From positions 8,797 to 72,796 of the forward strand of contig JAMPXJ010000012.1 in NCBI GenBank assembly GCA_023701205.1: 64,000 nucleotides of DNA, given 5' to 3'. Source of the DNA: Oligoflexia bacterium. Its GTDB lineage: Bacteria; Bdellovibrionota; UBA1018. The stretch's first letter is position 1. Each line of letters begins with the position of its first letter. The notes beneath the pieces are model-generated. The model searched no databases, had not been told where the DNA came from, and saw only the letters and a list, made by a program, of their open reading frames with translations. The translations under genes were made by a program, and so were the position numbers. Shown here in pieces: positions 37,101-46,795 of this stretch.

Positions 37101-37687
37101 GGATTTCCACGGTTTTCTCGAAGCAGGAACGGGCTTACACGGGCGAGGAGCTTCGTCCGCATTTCCTGCTGACGGAGCTCGGCCTCAAGGGCTCGGGAAT
37201 CGGTGCTTTCGTAGGCGCCTGCCGGGTGCGCACCGAGCACCTCGTGGACTGGGAAGACCGGTTGGCAGCCGATCGGATTGAGGCGCGCTGGATGGTGCAT
37301 TTCATCGGGGAGTTTTTCGGAGCCTCGGGACTCCGGGAAGGCGTGCTGCTGCAGCGGCTTTTCATGTCGATTCTTTGCGACGAGATCAATGCGCGCCTGC
37401 TGGGGAGCGGCGCGGGCGAGCTTTGCCGGCGCGATGGCGATGATCTGTTCTTCGGAAAAGGCGCCGGGCAGCGCAAGCTCTCCGTGTCGATCGTGACCGC
37501 TTCACCGGTCTCACTGCTGCTGCATGCCGGGATCAATATCGATCCCGAAGGGGCGCCGGTGGCGGCGATCGGCCTGAATGAGATCGGAATCGTTCCGGAG
37601 GAATGGATTTCCGCGGTGCTGGCCCGCTTCGAGGAGGAGATGCGCGGGATCGACTGGGCTTGCGCCAAGGTTCGGCCGGTGCTCTAG
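37097..37687 (+). CDS. DUF366 family protein (BPL/LplA-like fold)
   Basis: YTGEEL, HLVDWED, MVHF, RDGDDL, RKLSVSI, HAGINI; ATGA overlap with queC. Confidence 0.8.
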   Translation: MRISTVFSKQERAYTGEELRPHFLLTELGLKGSGIGAFVGACRVRTEHLVDWEDRLAADRIEARWMVHFIGEFFGASGLREGVLLQRLFMSILCDEINARLLGSGAGELCRRDGDDLFFGKGAGQRKLSVSIVTASPVSLLLHAGINIDPEGAPVAAIGLNEIGIVPEEWISAVLARFEEEMRGIDWACAKVRPVL

Positions 37688-37721
37688 TGGTGGGAAGATG
37701 ATCGAGGGAGAGGAAGAGATC

Positions 37722-38450
37722 ATGGCAATGCCGAAGCGGGGGCCAGTGGTGGCGATCGATGGTCCGGCCGGAACCGGCAAGAGCTCCGCAACACGCCGGC
37801 TGGCTGATCTTCTCGGTTTCGTGCACGTGGATACGGGGGCGCTTTACCGGGCCGTCGCGTTGCTCGCGATCGAGGGTCGCGGGGAAGGAGCGCTTGAGCA
37901 GCCGGATCTCGAAGCACGGGCTGCGGAAATCGCGAGGAGCGTGATTCTCCAGTTTCGCCATATGCCGCGCAAGAATCCGCGCAACCGCATCTTCGCCAAC
38001 GGACGGGATATTACCGGGCTGATCCGCACGCCGGAGGTGAGCATGGCTTCGTCGCGGGTTTCGGCCTTTCCGCCGGTTCGGGCCTCGCTCCTGGGCCTGC
38101 AGCGGAGGCTGGGCTGCGAAGGTCGCACGATCCTCGAGGGCCGTGACATCGGCACGGTGGTTTTCCCTGACGCTGACGTGAAGTTTTTCCTCACCGCGAG
38201 CGTGGATGAGCGGGCCAAGCGACGTCTGGCCGAGCTCGAGGCTTCCGGTGCGGACGCCCCGTCCTTTGAGGAGCTTCGGCGTCAGATCATGGAGCGGGAT
38301 CATGGCGATTCGACGCGCGCGGTCGCGCCACTGAAGAAGGCTTCGGATGCGATCGAGATCGAGACGACCCAGCTGACCCTCGACGAGGTGGTGAAGAAAA
38401 TGGAGGAGCACGTGCGCGGGAAGCTGGGCCTTGCGGACCAGGGAAGATGA
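37722..38450 (+). CDS. cmk: Cytidylate kinase
   Basis: IDGPAGTGKSS, DTGALYR, EGRDIGTVVFPDA. Confidence 0.96.
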   Translation: MAMPKRGPVVAIDGPAGTGKSSATRRLADLLGFVHVDTGALYRAVALLAIEGRGEGALEQPDLEARAAEIARSVILQFRHMPRKNPRNRIFANGRDITGLIRTPEVSMASSRVSAFPPVRASLLGLQRRLGCEGRTILEGRDIGTVVFPDADVKFFLTASVDERAKRRLAELEASGADAPSFEELRRQIMERDHGDSTRAVAPLKKASDAIEIETTQLTLDEVVKKMEEHVRGKLGLADQGR

Positions 38451-39550
38451 GCAGGGATATCGGCATTCTCATCGTCCGGTGCGACCGGTTGGGCGACCTG
38501 ATCCTCTCGACCCCGGTTTTCGAGGTGGTGAAAAAGCATTATCCTCAGGCCCGGGTGATGGCCATGGTGCGCGAGCCGATGGCCCCGGTCATCCGCGAGT
38601 TGCCTGAGCTCGATGAGGTGCTCATCTACGAGCCTGAGGGGCGCCATGCCGGACTGCGGGGGTTATTCCGGCTCGTGAAGGAATTCCGGCGGCTCCGGCT
38701 CCGTATCGTGATCGTGCTGCAAAGCCAGTGGAAGATCGCGGCTGCGGCATTCCTGGCCCAAGTACGCTACCGGGTGGGTCCCTTCTCCAAGCCGCATTCC
38801 TTCCTGTTTTACAATCGCGGATTGCGCCAGGGGCGCTCACAGGTCGAGATGCATGAGGCGGATTATAATCTGCAGCTCCTTCGTCGGATCGGCATTCGCG
38901 TGGGTTCGCGCAATGCTCTGACGCGGGTCAGTATTCCCAAGGACTCGGCTCAAAGGGCCCGGCAATGGCTTCTGGAAAAAGGCTGGGATCAGCAGGCGCC
39001 TCTTTGCGTGATTCACCCCGGTATGGGGGGCTCGGCGCTGAACTGGCCGGAGACGCATTACGTGCAATTGATCCAGGGACTGCTCAAAGACGGGCGGCAG
39101 GTGCTCGTCACCGGGGGGCGAGCCGAAGGAGAGCTGCTCGGGAGGATTCGGGAAGCTTTGGGGGCGCAGGCCAAGAGCGTGCTCTTTTACGGCGGCCCCG
39201 AGGCGGGAGCCGTCGATTTTCTGGGAGGATTGTACAGCGTCGCTTCGATCGTCGTGGCTCCGAGCACTGGCCCGGTTCATCTCGCGGTCGCGCTCAAGCG
39301 CCCGGTCGTCACCTTCTATCCTCCCATTCGGGTGCAAAGCGCGCTTCGTTGGGGGCCCTATCTCGGGGACGAGTCCCGGGCGAGCGTGCTGGTTCCGGAA
39401 AATTACTGTGGAGAAGACTTCAAATGCCGGGGGGCTTTGTGCAATTATCATCCTTGCATGAAGAGCATCACGGTGGCCCAGGCGCTGGAGCAGGTCTCCT
39501 TTCAATTGGCGCAAAGTAACGGAATCAACGGCTCGCTGCGGACCGACTGA
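38447..39550 (+). CDS. GT9 family (LPS heptosyltransferase-like) glycosyltransferase
   Basis: DRLGDLILSTP, IHPG, STGPVHLA, WGP. Confidence 0.9.
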   Translation: MSRDIGILIVRCDRLGDLILSTPVFEVVKKHYPQARVMAMVREPMAPVIRELPELDEVLIYEPEGRHAGLRGLFRLVKEFRRLRLRIVIVLQSQWKIAAAAFLAQVRYRVGPFSKPHSFLFYNRGLRQGRSQVEMHEADYNLQLLRRIGIRVGSRNALTRVSIPKDSAQRARQWLLEKGWDQQAPLCVIHPGMGGSALNWPETHYVQLIQGLLKDGRQVLVTGGRAEGELLGRIREALGAQAKSVLFYGGPEAGAVDFLGGLYSVASIVVAPSTGPVHLAVALKRPVVTFYPPIRVQSALRWGPYLGDESRASVLVPENYCGEDFKCRGALCNYHPCMKSITVAQALEQVSFQLAQSNGINGSLRTD

Positions 39551-39581
39551 ACCGAGGCGATTTACCGGACTGAAGAAAGTT

Positions 39582-40679
39582 ATGGCAAAGTATCGGATCG
39601 AGGCGATTCATCCTTCGCATTGGAATCTCAAGCGTCTTCGGGAGCTTCTTCATCGCAAGCTCTTCGGTCGAATTCTCGTCATCGGCGACGTGGGGCTGGA
39701 TCGCTACACGATCGGAGCGGTGGAACGTATTTCGCCGGAGGCACCGGTACCGATCGTTCACGTTCGCGAAGAGAAGCTCAAGCTCGGGCTTGCGGCCAAC
39801 GTTGCCGACAACATCCAGACCCTGGGCGGGGAGCCCTGGCTCGTAGGGCTGGTGGGCAAGGACGCCGCGGCAAGGGATTTCCGTAAAATGCTCCGATCCA
39901 CGCGCATCGGGCACGGCCACCTCGTGGAGGACGCATCCCGCCGTACGGTGCTCAAGGAGCGGGTCGTGAGCGAGCGGCAGCAGCTTCTGCGGGTGGACTA
40001 CGAAGATACTCATCCGATCAGCCGAGAGATGGAGGAAGCCGTCCTGGCCAAGGTCGAAGAGCTCGCCAAGCGCGCCGACGCGGTCATAGTCGAGGATTAC
40101 GCAAAGGGCTTGATTAACCAGCGTGTCGCGCGCCAGATCTTCGCGGCGGCGAAGCGCAATGGAAAGATCGTCACGGTGGATCCTAACCTCAGGACGCCGG
40201 TCGAAGTTTACCGGGGCGCCTCCGTGCTGACCCCCAATACAAATGAGGCTGAGCGCCTCTCGGGCGTGCAGATCCGCGGCGAGGCCTCGCTGATCCAGGC
40301 GGGCTCATCCATTTTGCGCGCGGCTAATGCGCGTCACGTGGTGATCACGCGCGGAAAGGACGGAATGGCGATATTTTCGGCAGGTCGCGCGGACGTCCGG
40401 CTGATTCCGACCTACGCAAAAGAGGTTTACGACGTCTCGGGCGCCGGTGACACGGTGATCTCGGTGCTGACGCTGGCGCTGGCGGGCGGAGCGACGATCG
40501 AAGAGGCCGCGGTACTGGGTAACCTGGCTGCGGGTGTCGAAGTCGGTAAGCGAGGCACCGCGACGGTGACGCCGCTTGAGATCGAAAGTGCGCTCGAGTT
40601 CCTGGTTACGGGCTCCGCCGCCCGCGCCGCTCCCGGCTCGGTGCTTGCCGGAGCCTCAGGCGCCCCCGTGGCTGAGTAG
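39582..40679 (+). CDS. rfaE1: D-glycero-beta-D-manno-heptose-7-phosphate kinase (stand-alone HldE domain I)
   Basis: RISPEAPVP, DYAKG, LTPN, VYDVSGAGDTV. Confidence 0.92.
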   Translation: MAKYRIEAIHPSHWNLKRLRELLHRKLFGRILVIGDVGLDRYTIGAVERISPEAPVPIVHVREEKLKLGLAANVADNIQTLGGEPWLVGLVGKDAAARDFRKMLRSTRIGHGHLVEDASRRTVLKERVVSERQQLLRVDYEDTHPISREMEEAVLAKVEELAKRADAVIVEDYAKGLINQRVARQIFAAAKRNGKIVTVDPNLRTPVEVYRGASVLTPNTNEAERLSGVQIRGEASLIQAGSSILRAANARHVVITRGKDGMAIFSAGRADVRLIPTYAKEVYDVSGAGDTVISVLTLALAGGATIEEAAVLGNLAAGVEVGKRGTATVTPLEIESALEFLVTGSAARAAPGSVLAGASGAPVAE

Positions 40680-40961
40680 GTCCCAGTCCTCGACCATCAC
40701 GCGGGCGAATGCCGACTGGTCGATCGTTTCGCAGATTTTCTCGATCAGGCTTCGCGCGCTGGCAGTCTTCCAGTTTTCCGGAATGACGACCGCGAAGCCG
40801 ATCACGCAGCGTTCCGGGTCGTCGAAGTCGGCGACTTCGAGCGCGGAGATATTGAATTTCTTGCGTAGCCCCGCGCAGAGCTCCTCGAGCTGCCGGCGCT
40901 TCAAAGGCACGTCATCGTTATTGTAGAAATCCAGGACGATTCGTCCCGCGCCGATCAACAT
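40656..40961 (-). CDS. DUF503 family protein
   Basis: LKRR...LRKKFNISALEV...IGFAVV pattern. Confidence 0.75.
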   Translation of the reverse strand: MLIGAGRIVLDFYNNDDVPLKRRQLEELCAGLRKKFNISALEVADFDDPERCVIGFAVVIPENWKTASARSLIEKICETIDQSAFARVMVEDWDLLSHGGA

Positions 40962-41037
40962 TTGACGGATCCAGGGCTAGGGCGGCCACCCCGTTCACCC
41001 TTCGGTTCCGGAGTAGCCGCGGCCTGATGGAGTTCGA

Positions 41038-41973
41038 TCAGACGATCGGCGTCAGCCAATCGCGGCCGTATTCCGGCAGCTCGCCACGCACCATCGCGCT
41101 GTAGTCTTTCTTGAGCTTGGCCGTGATCGGACCGGGTTTTCCGACGTGGTCACCCCTTCCGATCGGGCGGTAGTCGATCTCGCGGATCGGAGTGATCTCG
41201 GCGGCCGTGCCGGTGAGGAATACTTCGTCGGCGCACCAGATCTCGTCGCGGGTGAAGCGGGTGTCTTTCACTTCGTAGCCCAGGTGCTTGAAGTAATCGA
41301 GCACCGTTTGGCGGGTGATCCCCGAGAGGATCGAAGTGAGCGGCGTGGTCTTGATCACCCCGTTCCTGATCATGAAGAGGTTTTCGCCGCTGCCCTCGGT
41401 CAGATAACCCTCGGGATCGAGCAAAAGGGCCTCGTCAAAGCCGGCAGCGATCGCTTCGCGCTTGGCGAGGACGCTGTTGACGTATTGACCCGTGATCTTG
41501 CCTTTGGTCATCGAGGAGTTGACGTGCGGACGGATGAAGCTCGAGATCTTGAGCTTGGCGCCGAGGCTCGCGCCTTCGTCGCCGAGATAGGAGCCCCACT
41601 CCCAGTTGAGGATCGCGACATCCACGGGAGGCGTCGTTCCGGGATTCACGCCCAGCGGCCCATCGGCCACATAAAGAATCGGGCGAATATAGCACTCTTC
41701 GAAGCCATTCGCCTTGCAGGTCTCGACCGTGGCTTGAACGAGGTCATTCAGCGAGTAGGGGATCTTGAGATCCAGGATCTTGGCGCTCTCCAGGAAACGC
41801 TCCATGTGCTCCTTGAGCCGGAAAACCGCCCCGCCGCCTTTCTTCTGCTTATACGCGCGGATGCCTTCGAAGGCGCCATAGCCGTAGTGCAGGCCATGGG
41901 TGAAGAGGCTGATCTTCGCGTTTTCCGCAGGGAGGATTTTTCCGTTGAACCAAACTTGAGTGCCACGAGCCAT
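41038..41973 (-). CDS. ilvE: Branched-chain amino acid aminotransferase
   Basis: LHYGYGAFEGIRAY, EGSGENLF, LSGITR, TGTAAE. Confidence 0.96.
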   Translation of the reverse strand: MARGTQVWFNGKILPAENAKISLFTHGLHYGYGAFEGIRAYKQKKGGGAVFRLKEHMERFLESAKILDLKIPYSLNDLVQATVETCKANGFEECYIRPILYVADGPLGVNPGTTPPVDVAILNWEWGSYLGDEGASLGAKLKISSFIRPHVNSSMTKGKITGQYVNSVLAKREAIAAGFDEALLLDPEGYLTEGSGENLFMIRNGVIKTTPLTSILSGITRQTVLDYFKHLGYEVKDTRFTRDEIWCADEVFLTGTAAEITPIREIDYRPIGRGDHVGKPGPITAKLKKDYSAMVRGELPEYGRDWLTPIV

Positions 41974-41984
41974 AGTGATTTACC

Positions 41985-42866
41985 TCATTTCGAAAAGGAA
42001 GAATTGGGAGTGGTCGGCATCGGTGCTTCCATCGAGTTGGGCGGGAGAAGACGCCGGGAAGCCATCAGCTTGATGATCTCCGACGCGGTTTCCTCGAGCG
42101 CCTTGCCTGTAACATTGAACACCGGCCATCTCCGGTTGCGTCTGAAAACGATATTCGCGTACTCGATTTCCTCGTTTACCTTATCGGGGTCCGCATACTC
42201 GCCCCCTTTGTCCTGACCCAGGCGCTCCAGGCGCGCGCGGCGGATGGTCGCAAGATTGTCCGGATCGATCGTCAGCCCGATCACGCGGCGCTGATCGATT
42301 TCGAACACCTCTTTGGGAACCTCGAAACCCTTGATCAGGGGGATATTCGCAACCCGCCAGGCCTGATGCGAAAGGTACATCGAAAGCGGGGTCTTCGAGG
42401 TTCGGGAGATCCCCAGAATCACGAGATCGGCCTTTTCGAGCCCGACGAGATTGCGGCCATCATCGTGCGCGATGGTATATTCCATGGCTTCGATGCGGCG
42501 GAAATACTCCTCGTTCACGTCATGAAGGAGGCCGGGAATCATCTTCGCTTCATAGCCGAAGTAGGCTGCCAGGCCGGCGAGAGCCGGACCCAGGAGATCG
42601 ACGCAAGGGATGGATTTTTCCCGCGCTTTGGTGATGAGAAAGGCCCGCAGAGCCGGGGAAACCAGAGTGTAGATGAGCAGGTCTTTGTTGACGGCCGCGT
42701 CCTCGCAGATCGCCTCGATCTGAGCTTCGTTCCGGACGTTCTTGTAACGCGTGAAAAAAACGTCATGGTTGCTGAACTGCACCATGGCGGCCTTGGTCAT
42801 CTGCGCGGCGGTCTCGCCGGTACCGTCGGAGACGATGATGATTCGACGATCGGTATTCTTTGACAT
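41985..42866 (-). CDS. PEP synthase/PPDK regulatory protein (DUF299 kinase/pyrophosphorylase)
   Basis: VSDGTGETA, HDDG, GISRTSKTPLSMYL, EETA. Confidence 0.93.
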   Translation of the reverse strand: MSKNTDRRIIIVSDGTGETAAQMTKAAMVQFSNHDVFFTRYKNVRNEAQIEAICEDAAVNKDLLIYTLVSPALRAFLITKAREKSIPCVDLLGPALAGLAAYFGYEAKMIPGLLHDVNEEYFRRIEAMEYTIAHDDGRNLVGLEKADLVILGISRTSKTPLSMYLSHQAWRVANIPLIKGFEVPKEVFEIDQRRVIGLTIDPDNLATIRRARLERLGQDKGGEYADPDKVNEEIEYANIVFRRNRRWPVFNVTGKALEETASEIIKLMASRRLLPPNSMEAPMPTTPNSSFSK

Positions 42867-42920
42867 AGTTGGCAATCGTTCAACGGCCTGGTTAACGGCT
42901 TGATGGGCCGTTGACCCGCG

Positions 42921-43859
42921 TTAACACGAGGTTTCATTCGGGTTTACTTCGTTCCAGGGCCGTTTGCCACCTAAAATACTCAGAACACCGCTAATGACGA
43001 GACGAGCCATGGCTTCCCGGGCTTCGGCCGTGGCGCTCCCCAGATGGGGTGACAGGACGACGTTCGGAAGGCGCCGCAAAGCGAGCGGGATCTCGGGCTC
43101 TTTCTCGAAAACATCCAGACCTGCCGCAAAGATCTTCCTTTCCTTCAAAACGCGGACGAGTGCACTTTCGTCGACGACCGGGCCTCGAGTGGTATTCAGC
43201 ACGATGGCTTCAGGGGGAAGGAGCGCCAGGCGGCTTTCGTCGAGCCAACCGAGAGTTTCGGAAGTGAGCGGGATGTGAAGGGAAAGCACCTGAGCTCTTT
43301 TCAGTTTTTTTTGGACCATCCCGGGGGTGTCCTTTCGCGTGATCCATTCGACCTTGAGCCCAAGCGCTCGGAAAAGCCGGCCGGTTTCCCGGCCGATCCG
43401 GCCCTTTCCCACCAGGACAGCCCGTCGCCCCTGAAGCTCCTGGCCCAGAAGCAGGTCAGGTTGCCACCCCCTGAATCGGCCGCTGCGGCAAAGGGCTTCG
43501 CCTTCGGGGAAGCGGCGGGCGGCCGCGAAAAGCAGCGCGACGGTGAGCTCTGCCGTAGCGCGCGTGAGCACATCCGGCGTATTCGCGACGCGCACGCCCC
43601 GACGGGCGCAGGCTCGGAGGTCGATATTGTCCACTCCGACGCCGTAGTTTCCGACCGCGCGGAGCTTGGGGGCGAGATCGAGGAGCTTCTCGTCGACCCG
43701 ATCGAAAACGCGGGTGATCAGCGCGTCCGCGTCCCGCAGCGAGCGCAGCAGCTCGGCCCGCGTGCGGGCGATCGTCACGCGCGCATGGGGGCTCAGCTCT
43801 TCGCTGATGGCGCGGGCATGAATGGGATAGGTGAGGACGATCCGGGGAGGGCGACGCAT
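42921..43859 (-). CDS. D-2-hydroxyacid dehydrogenase (glyoxylate/hydroxypyruvate reductase-like)
   Basis: GVGVDNID, NTPDVLT, GKGRIG, NTTRG, DVFEKEP, PHLGSAT. Confidence 0.92.
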   Translation of the reverse strand: MRRPPRIVLTYPIHARAISEELSPHARVTIARTRAELLRSLRDADALITRVFDRVDEKLLDLAPKLRAVGNYGVGVDNIDLRACARRGVRVANTPDVLTRATAELTVALLFAAARRFPEGEALCRSGRFRGWQPDLLLGQELQGRRAVLVGKGRIGRETGRLFRALGLKVEWITRKDTPGMVQKKLKRAQVLSLHIPLTSETLGWLDESRLALLPPEAIVLNTTRGPVVDESALVRVLKERKIFAAGLDVFEKEPEIPLALRRLPNVVLSPHLGSATAEAREAMARLVISGVLSILGGKRPWNEVNPNETSC

Positions 43860-43865
43860 CTCTTT

Positions 43866-43914
43866 TCCATACTCGGGGGCTAGCTTGCATTCAAGCGAGT
43901 GATCTCCTTAAAAT
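43866..43914. promoter_or_regulatory. Back-to-back overlapping promoters for two likely leaderless divergent genes
   Basis: Plus strand TTGCAT-N18-TAAAAT-N6-ATG(43921); minus strand TTGAAT-N17-TATGGA-N6-ATG(43859). Confidence 0.5.
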
Positions 43915-43920
43915 CAGCAG

Positions 43921-44934
43921 ATGAATGCATTTCGTGCAAATCTGCTCGCGCAACTGGGATTTGTTCTCCTTTCCTGGGGCTGTCCCCCGAGCTGGGGCGC
44001 GGAGGTCGATAATTTCACGGATCGTGATCGCAGGATCAGGGATTCGGCCGGGATTCTGGATGACTACACCAACCGGCAGCTCGCGAAAGCCGCCGCTGAG
44101 GCGAATGCCAAAGGAGGCTGCGCCGCCGGCGGGCTGCATGCCGCGATCCATCGGCTTCTCGGGGAGATCCCTTTCGGCGACGTCGAGAAATTCGCCGAGA
44201 GCAGCGACCAGGTCGAACGGATCACGGTTCCCGTCGGAAAGAGCCTTTACCGTGATGCCGGGCTGATTTCCTCGATGACTCTGCGGTTCGGCGGGGGTAT
44301 GGCCTCGTCGATTCGGGTGAGCGGACAGCTGATCGGCACCGACAAGCTCGGACATTTCTTCAGCGAGGGTTACGACTACTTCGTTCGGGGCCGGGAGCGC
44401 GTGAAGGATGCGTTGGATCTTTACGGGCGACTGCAGGAGCGCTCGGGAATGGGGCTCGGTTTCACGGGAGTGAACTCTTATGCCGATCTCGCGGCGAACT
44501 TCGCGGGCCTGCGCTTTTATCGGAATCTCGTTTCGGGCGAGACGCCTTACTTCCGCTGCGAAGGAGGGAGGTACGTCCCTGCCCGGGACTTTCGCTGGCG
44601 CGACTTCGTGACCGAAGCCTGGGACGAGGGCCTGAACTGCTCGACCTACACCTCAGAGATGGAAGAGTCCGTCCGCGAGTTTTTTCAGGAACGCAAAACC
44701 GGCTGTCCGGTGGATGATGGCGCCGCGTGCCGGAGGATGGCCGCGATGCCCTGTTCCTACCATTTCGTGAATCCCGAATGCCGCAAGAGCGTTCCGTCCC
44801 GCAGTCAGGGCTGTGTGGGATGGCAGGCGCTCCCGGTCAAGGAGACGGACTGCGCAAGCAGCGGTCAGTCCGGGAGCTTCGATTCCCTGCGGCAGCAGGT
44901 CAGGACCTTGAACGCCCCTGTCCGGGCGCGCTGA
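43921..44934 (+). CDS. Secreted Cys-rich hypothetical protein with DKxxH...DxxANxxG motif
   Basis: Signal peptide; IGTDKLGHFFSEG and SYADLAANFAG; many C-terminal Cys. Confidence 0.75.
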   Translation: MNAFRANLLAQLGFVLLSWGCPPSWGAEVDNFTDRDRRIRDSAGILDDYTNRQLAKAAAEANAKGGCAAGGLHAAIHRLLGEIPFGDVEKFAESSDQVERITVPVGKSLYRDAGLISSMTLRFGGGMASSIRVSGQLIGTDKLGHFFSEGYDYFVRGRERVKDALDLYGRLQERSGMGLGFTGVNSYADLAANFAGLRFYRNLVSGETPYFRCEGGRYVPARDFRWRDFVTEAWDEGLNCSTYTSEMEESVREFFQERKTGCPVDDGAACRRMAAMPCSYHFVNPECRKSVPSRSQGCVGWQALPVKETDCASSGQSGSFDSLRQQVRTLNAPVRAR

Positions 44935-46270
44935 CGGGGCGTCCGGGCATGCGCGAAGGAGAAGGTGGGGAGCCCTCGGCGAAGGTTTCCGGATAAAAAA
45001 GGGCGAGAAAGCGGCCCGCCACCTCTTCGGCGCGCATTCCGGTAAGCGCTTTCTTCCACTCCCCATCGAGGAGCTGGGCCGCGCGCGCGTGACCTTGGGG
45101 CGCCAAAAAGCCTGGGAGAAGGCGCCGGACCTTTTTTTCACCGATTTCGCGGCGGGTGGGGATCCCGCCTTCTTTCATCCTTGAGCCCGTGACGCGCTCC
45201 ACGCGGCGGACGAGGCCTCGCTGCGTGGGCGTGACCAGGCTCATGGCGATGCCGGATTTGCCGCTTCGGGCGGTACGGCCGATGCGATGGACATAGTTGT
45301 CCAGCTCGCGGGGAATCGAATAATTGATGACATGGGTGATGTCCTTCACGTCCAGGCCCCGCGAGGCCACGTCGGTGCAGACGAGGAGGCGGACCTTGCG
45401 CTCCCGGAAGAGCTTCATCACCCGCTCGCGCGCCGCCTGGTCCATATCGCCGTGCAGGCAATCGGCGAGATAGCCCCGACCTTTGAGATACTGCGTGAGA
45501 TCCACGACCAGCGACTTGGTTTGGCAGAAAACCAGGCCGTAAAGATCTTCGGCAGCGTCGATGAGCTTGCAGAGAACCTCGGGTTTGTTCGCCTCTGAAG
45601 TGGTATAGAAAAGCTGCTCGATCGCGCTCGGCAGCATTTCGGCGCGATTGACCTGCACCTGTTTGGGGGCGCGCAGGTATTTGTCGGCCACCCTGCGGAC
45701 TTCAGGACTCATCGTCGCGGAAAAGAGCCAGGCGTTGGCCTGATCCTCGGGCATGGCGCCGAGGATTTTCTCAAGGTCGTCCTGGAAGCCCATGGAGATC
45801 ATCTCATCGGCCTCGTCCAGGACGACGACTCGCAGGCCGTTCAGGCGCAGGCGTCCACGTTCGAGATGATCGACGAGCCGGCCGGGAGTTCCGATCACGA
45901 CGTGCGCTCCGCGTTTGAGGCCATGAATCTGATCTCCGTAACCGGCGCCCCCGTAAACAGCGAGCGCGCGCACTTTCTTGTGCTTCCCCAGGAGGCTCAC
46001 CTGCTCCGCCACCTGCATGGCGAGTTCTCGGGTTGGGCAGAGAATCAGGGCTTGAACCTCGCGGGAGTCGGTGTCAATTCGCTCGATCAGCGGGATCGCG
46101 AAGGCGGCGGTCTTACCCGTTCCCGTCGCTGCCAGGCCGAGAAAATCGGTATTCTCCTCGAGCAGGAGGGGAAGGGCCTGGGCTTGAATCGGGGTCGGCT
46201 TTTCGAAGCCGAGCTCGGTGATCGCGCGCTGAAGTTCGGGGCTGAGGTTCAGGTCTTGGAAGTGATGCAT
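44900..46270 (-). CDS. DEAD-box RNA helicase
   Basis: Q motif, ATGTGKT, PTRELA, DEAD, SAT, HRIGRTAR. Confidence 0.96.
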   Translation of the reverse strand: MHHFQDLNLSPELQRAITELGFEKPTPIQAQALPLLLEENTDFLGLAATGTGKTAAFAIPLIERIDTDSREVQALILCPTRELAMQVAEQVSLLGKHKKVRALAVYGGAGYGDQIHGLKRGAHVVIGTPGRLVDHLERGRLRLNGLRVVVLDEADEMISMGFQDDLEKILGAMPEDQANAWLFSATMSPEVRRVADKYLRAPKQVQVNRAEMLPSAIEQLFYTTSEANKPEVLCKLIDAAEDLYGLVFCQTKSLVVDLTQYLKGRGYLADCLHGDMDQAARERVMKLFRERKVRLLVCTDVASRGLDVKDITHVINYSIPRELDNYVHRIGRTARSGKSGIAMSLVTPTQRGLVRRVERVTGSRMKEGGIPTRREIGEKKVRRLLPGFLAPQGHARAAQLLDGEWKKALTGMRAEEVAGRFLALFYPETFAEGSPPSPSRMPGRPVSAPGQGRSRS

Positions 46271-46440
46271 TTGACCGGGTGTATCATGGATTTACTTCTA
46301 ATGTTGACTCAATCGATATATTTTTTTGGAAAGCGGGTCGGTCCATTCAAGCAATCTGAATTTAAGGGTATTTCTTAAAAACAGCTCGAATCGGGGAATG
46401 GGGCTTGCTTGAATCGAAAGGGGGGAAGGAGAGTATTCCA

Positions 46441-46737
46441 ATGCCTGAGAAAACAACCGTGCAAAGAGCGCGCAGGTTGAAGAGAGAGGGAAAGCGGCCA
46501 ACGACCCAGGCGGGAGCGTTCGTGCGCGAAGAGATGCATCACGTCAGGGAGGGCAGGCATGGAGCTTCTTCGCGAAAACAGGCCATCGCGATCGGACTGT
46601 CCAAGGCGCGCAAGTCCGGAGTGAAGATTCCGCCTCGCGGGCGCGCTCGGAGTCATTCCGCTTCGGTGCGTGGCGGAGTCCGGCGGGGCAAAACCGTCCG
46701 GACGGCTCAAAGGACCCGGAGGTCGGCAAAAGCCTGA
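46441..46737 (+). CDS. Small basic DUF6496-like protein
   Basis: TTQAGAFVREEM..VREG.HG..S.KQAIAIGLSKARKSGV; AAGGAG Shine-Dalgarno. Confidence 0.8.
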   Translation: MPEKTTVQRARRLKREGKRPTTQAGAFVREEMHHVREGRHGASSRKQAIAIGLSKARKSGVKIPPRGRARSHSASVRGGVRRGKTVRTAQRTRRSAKA

Positions 46738-46795
46738 GCCTCGACCCGGGATGAGGAAATGCCCGGCCCCGCGCGAATGTGGTAAAATTCCATTC

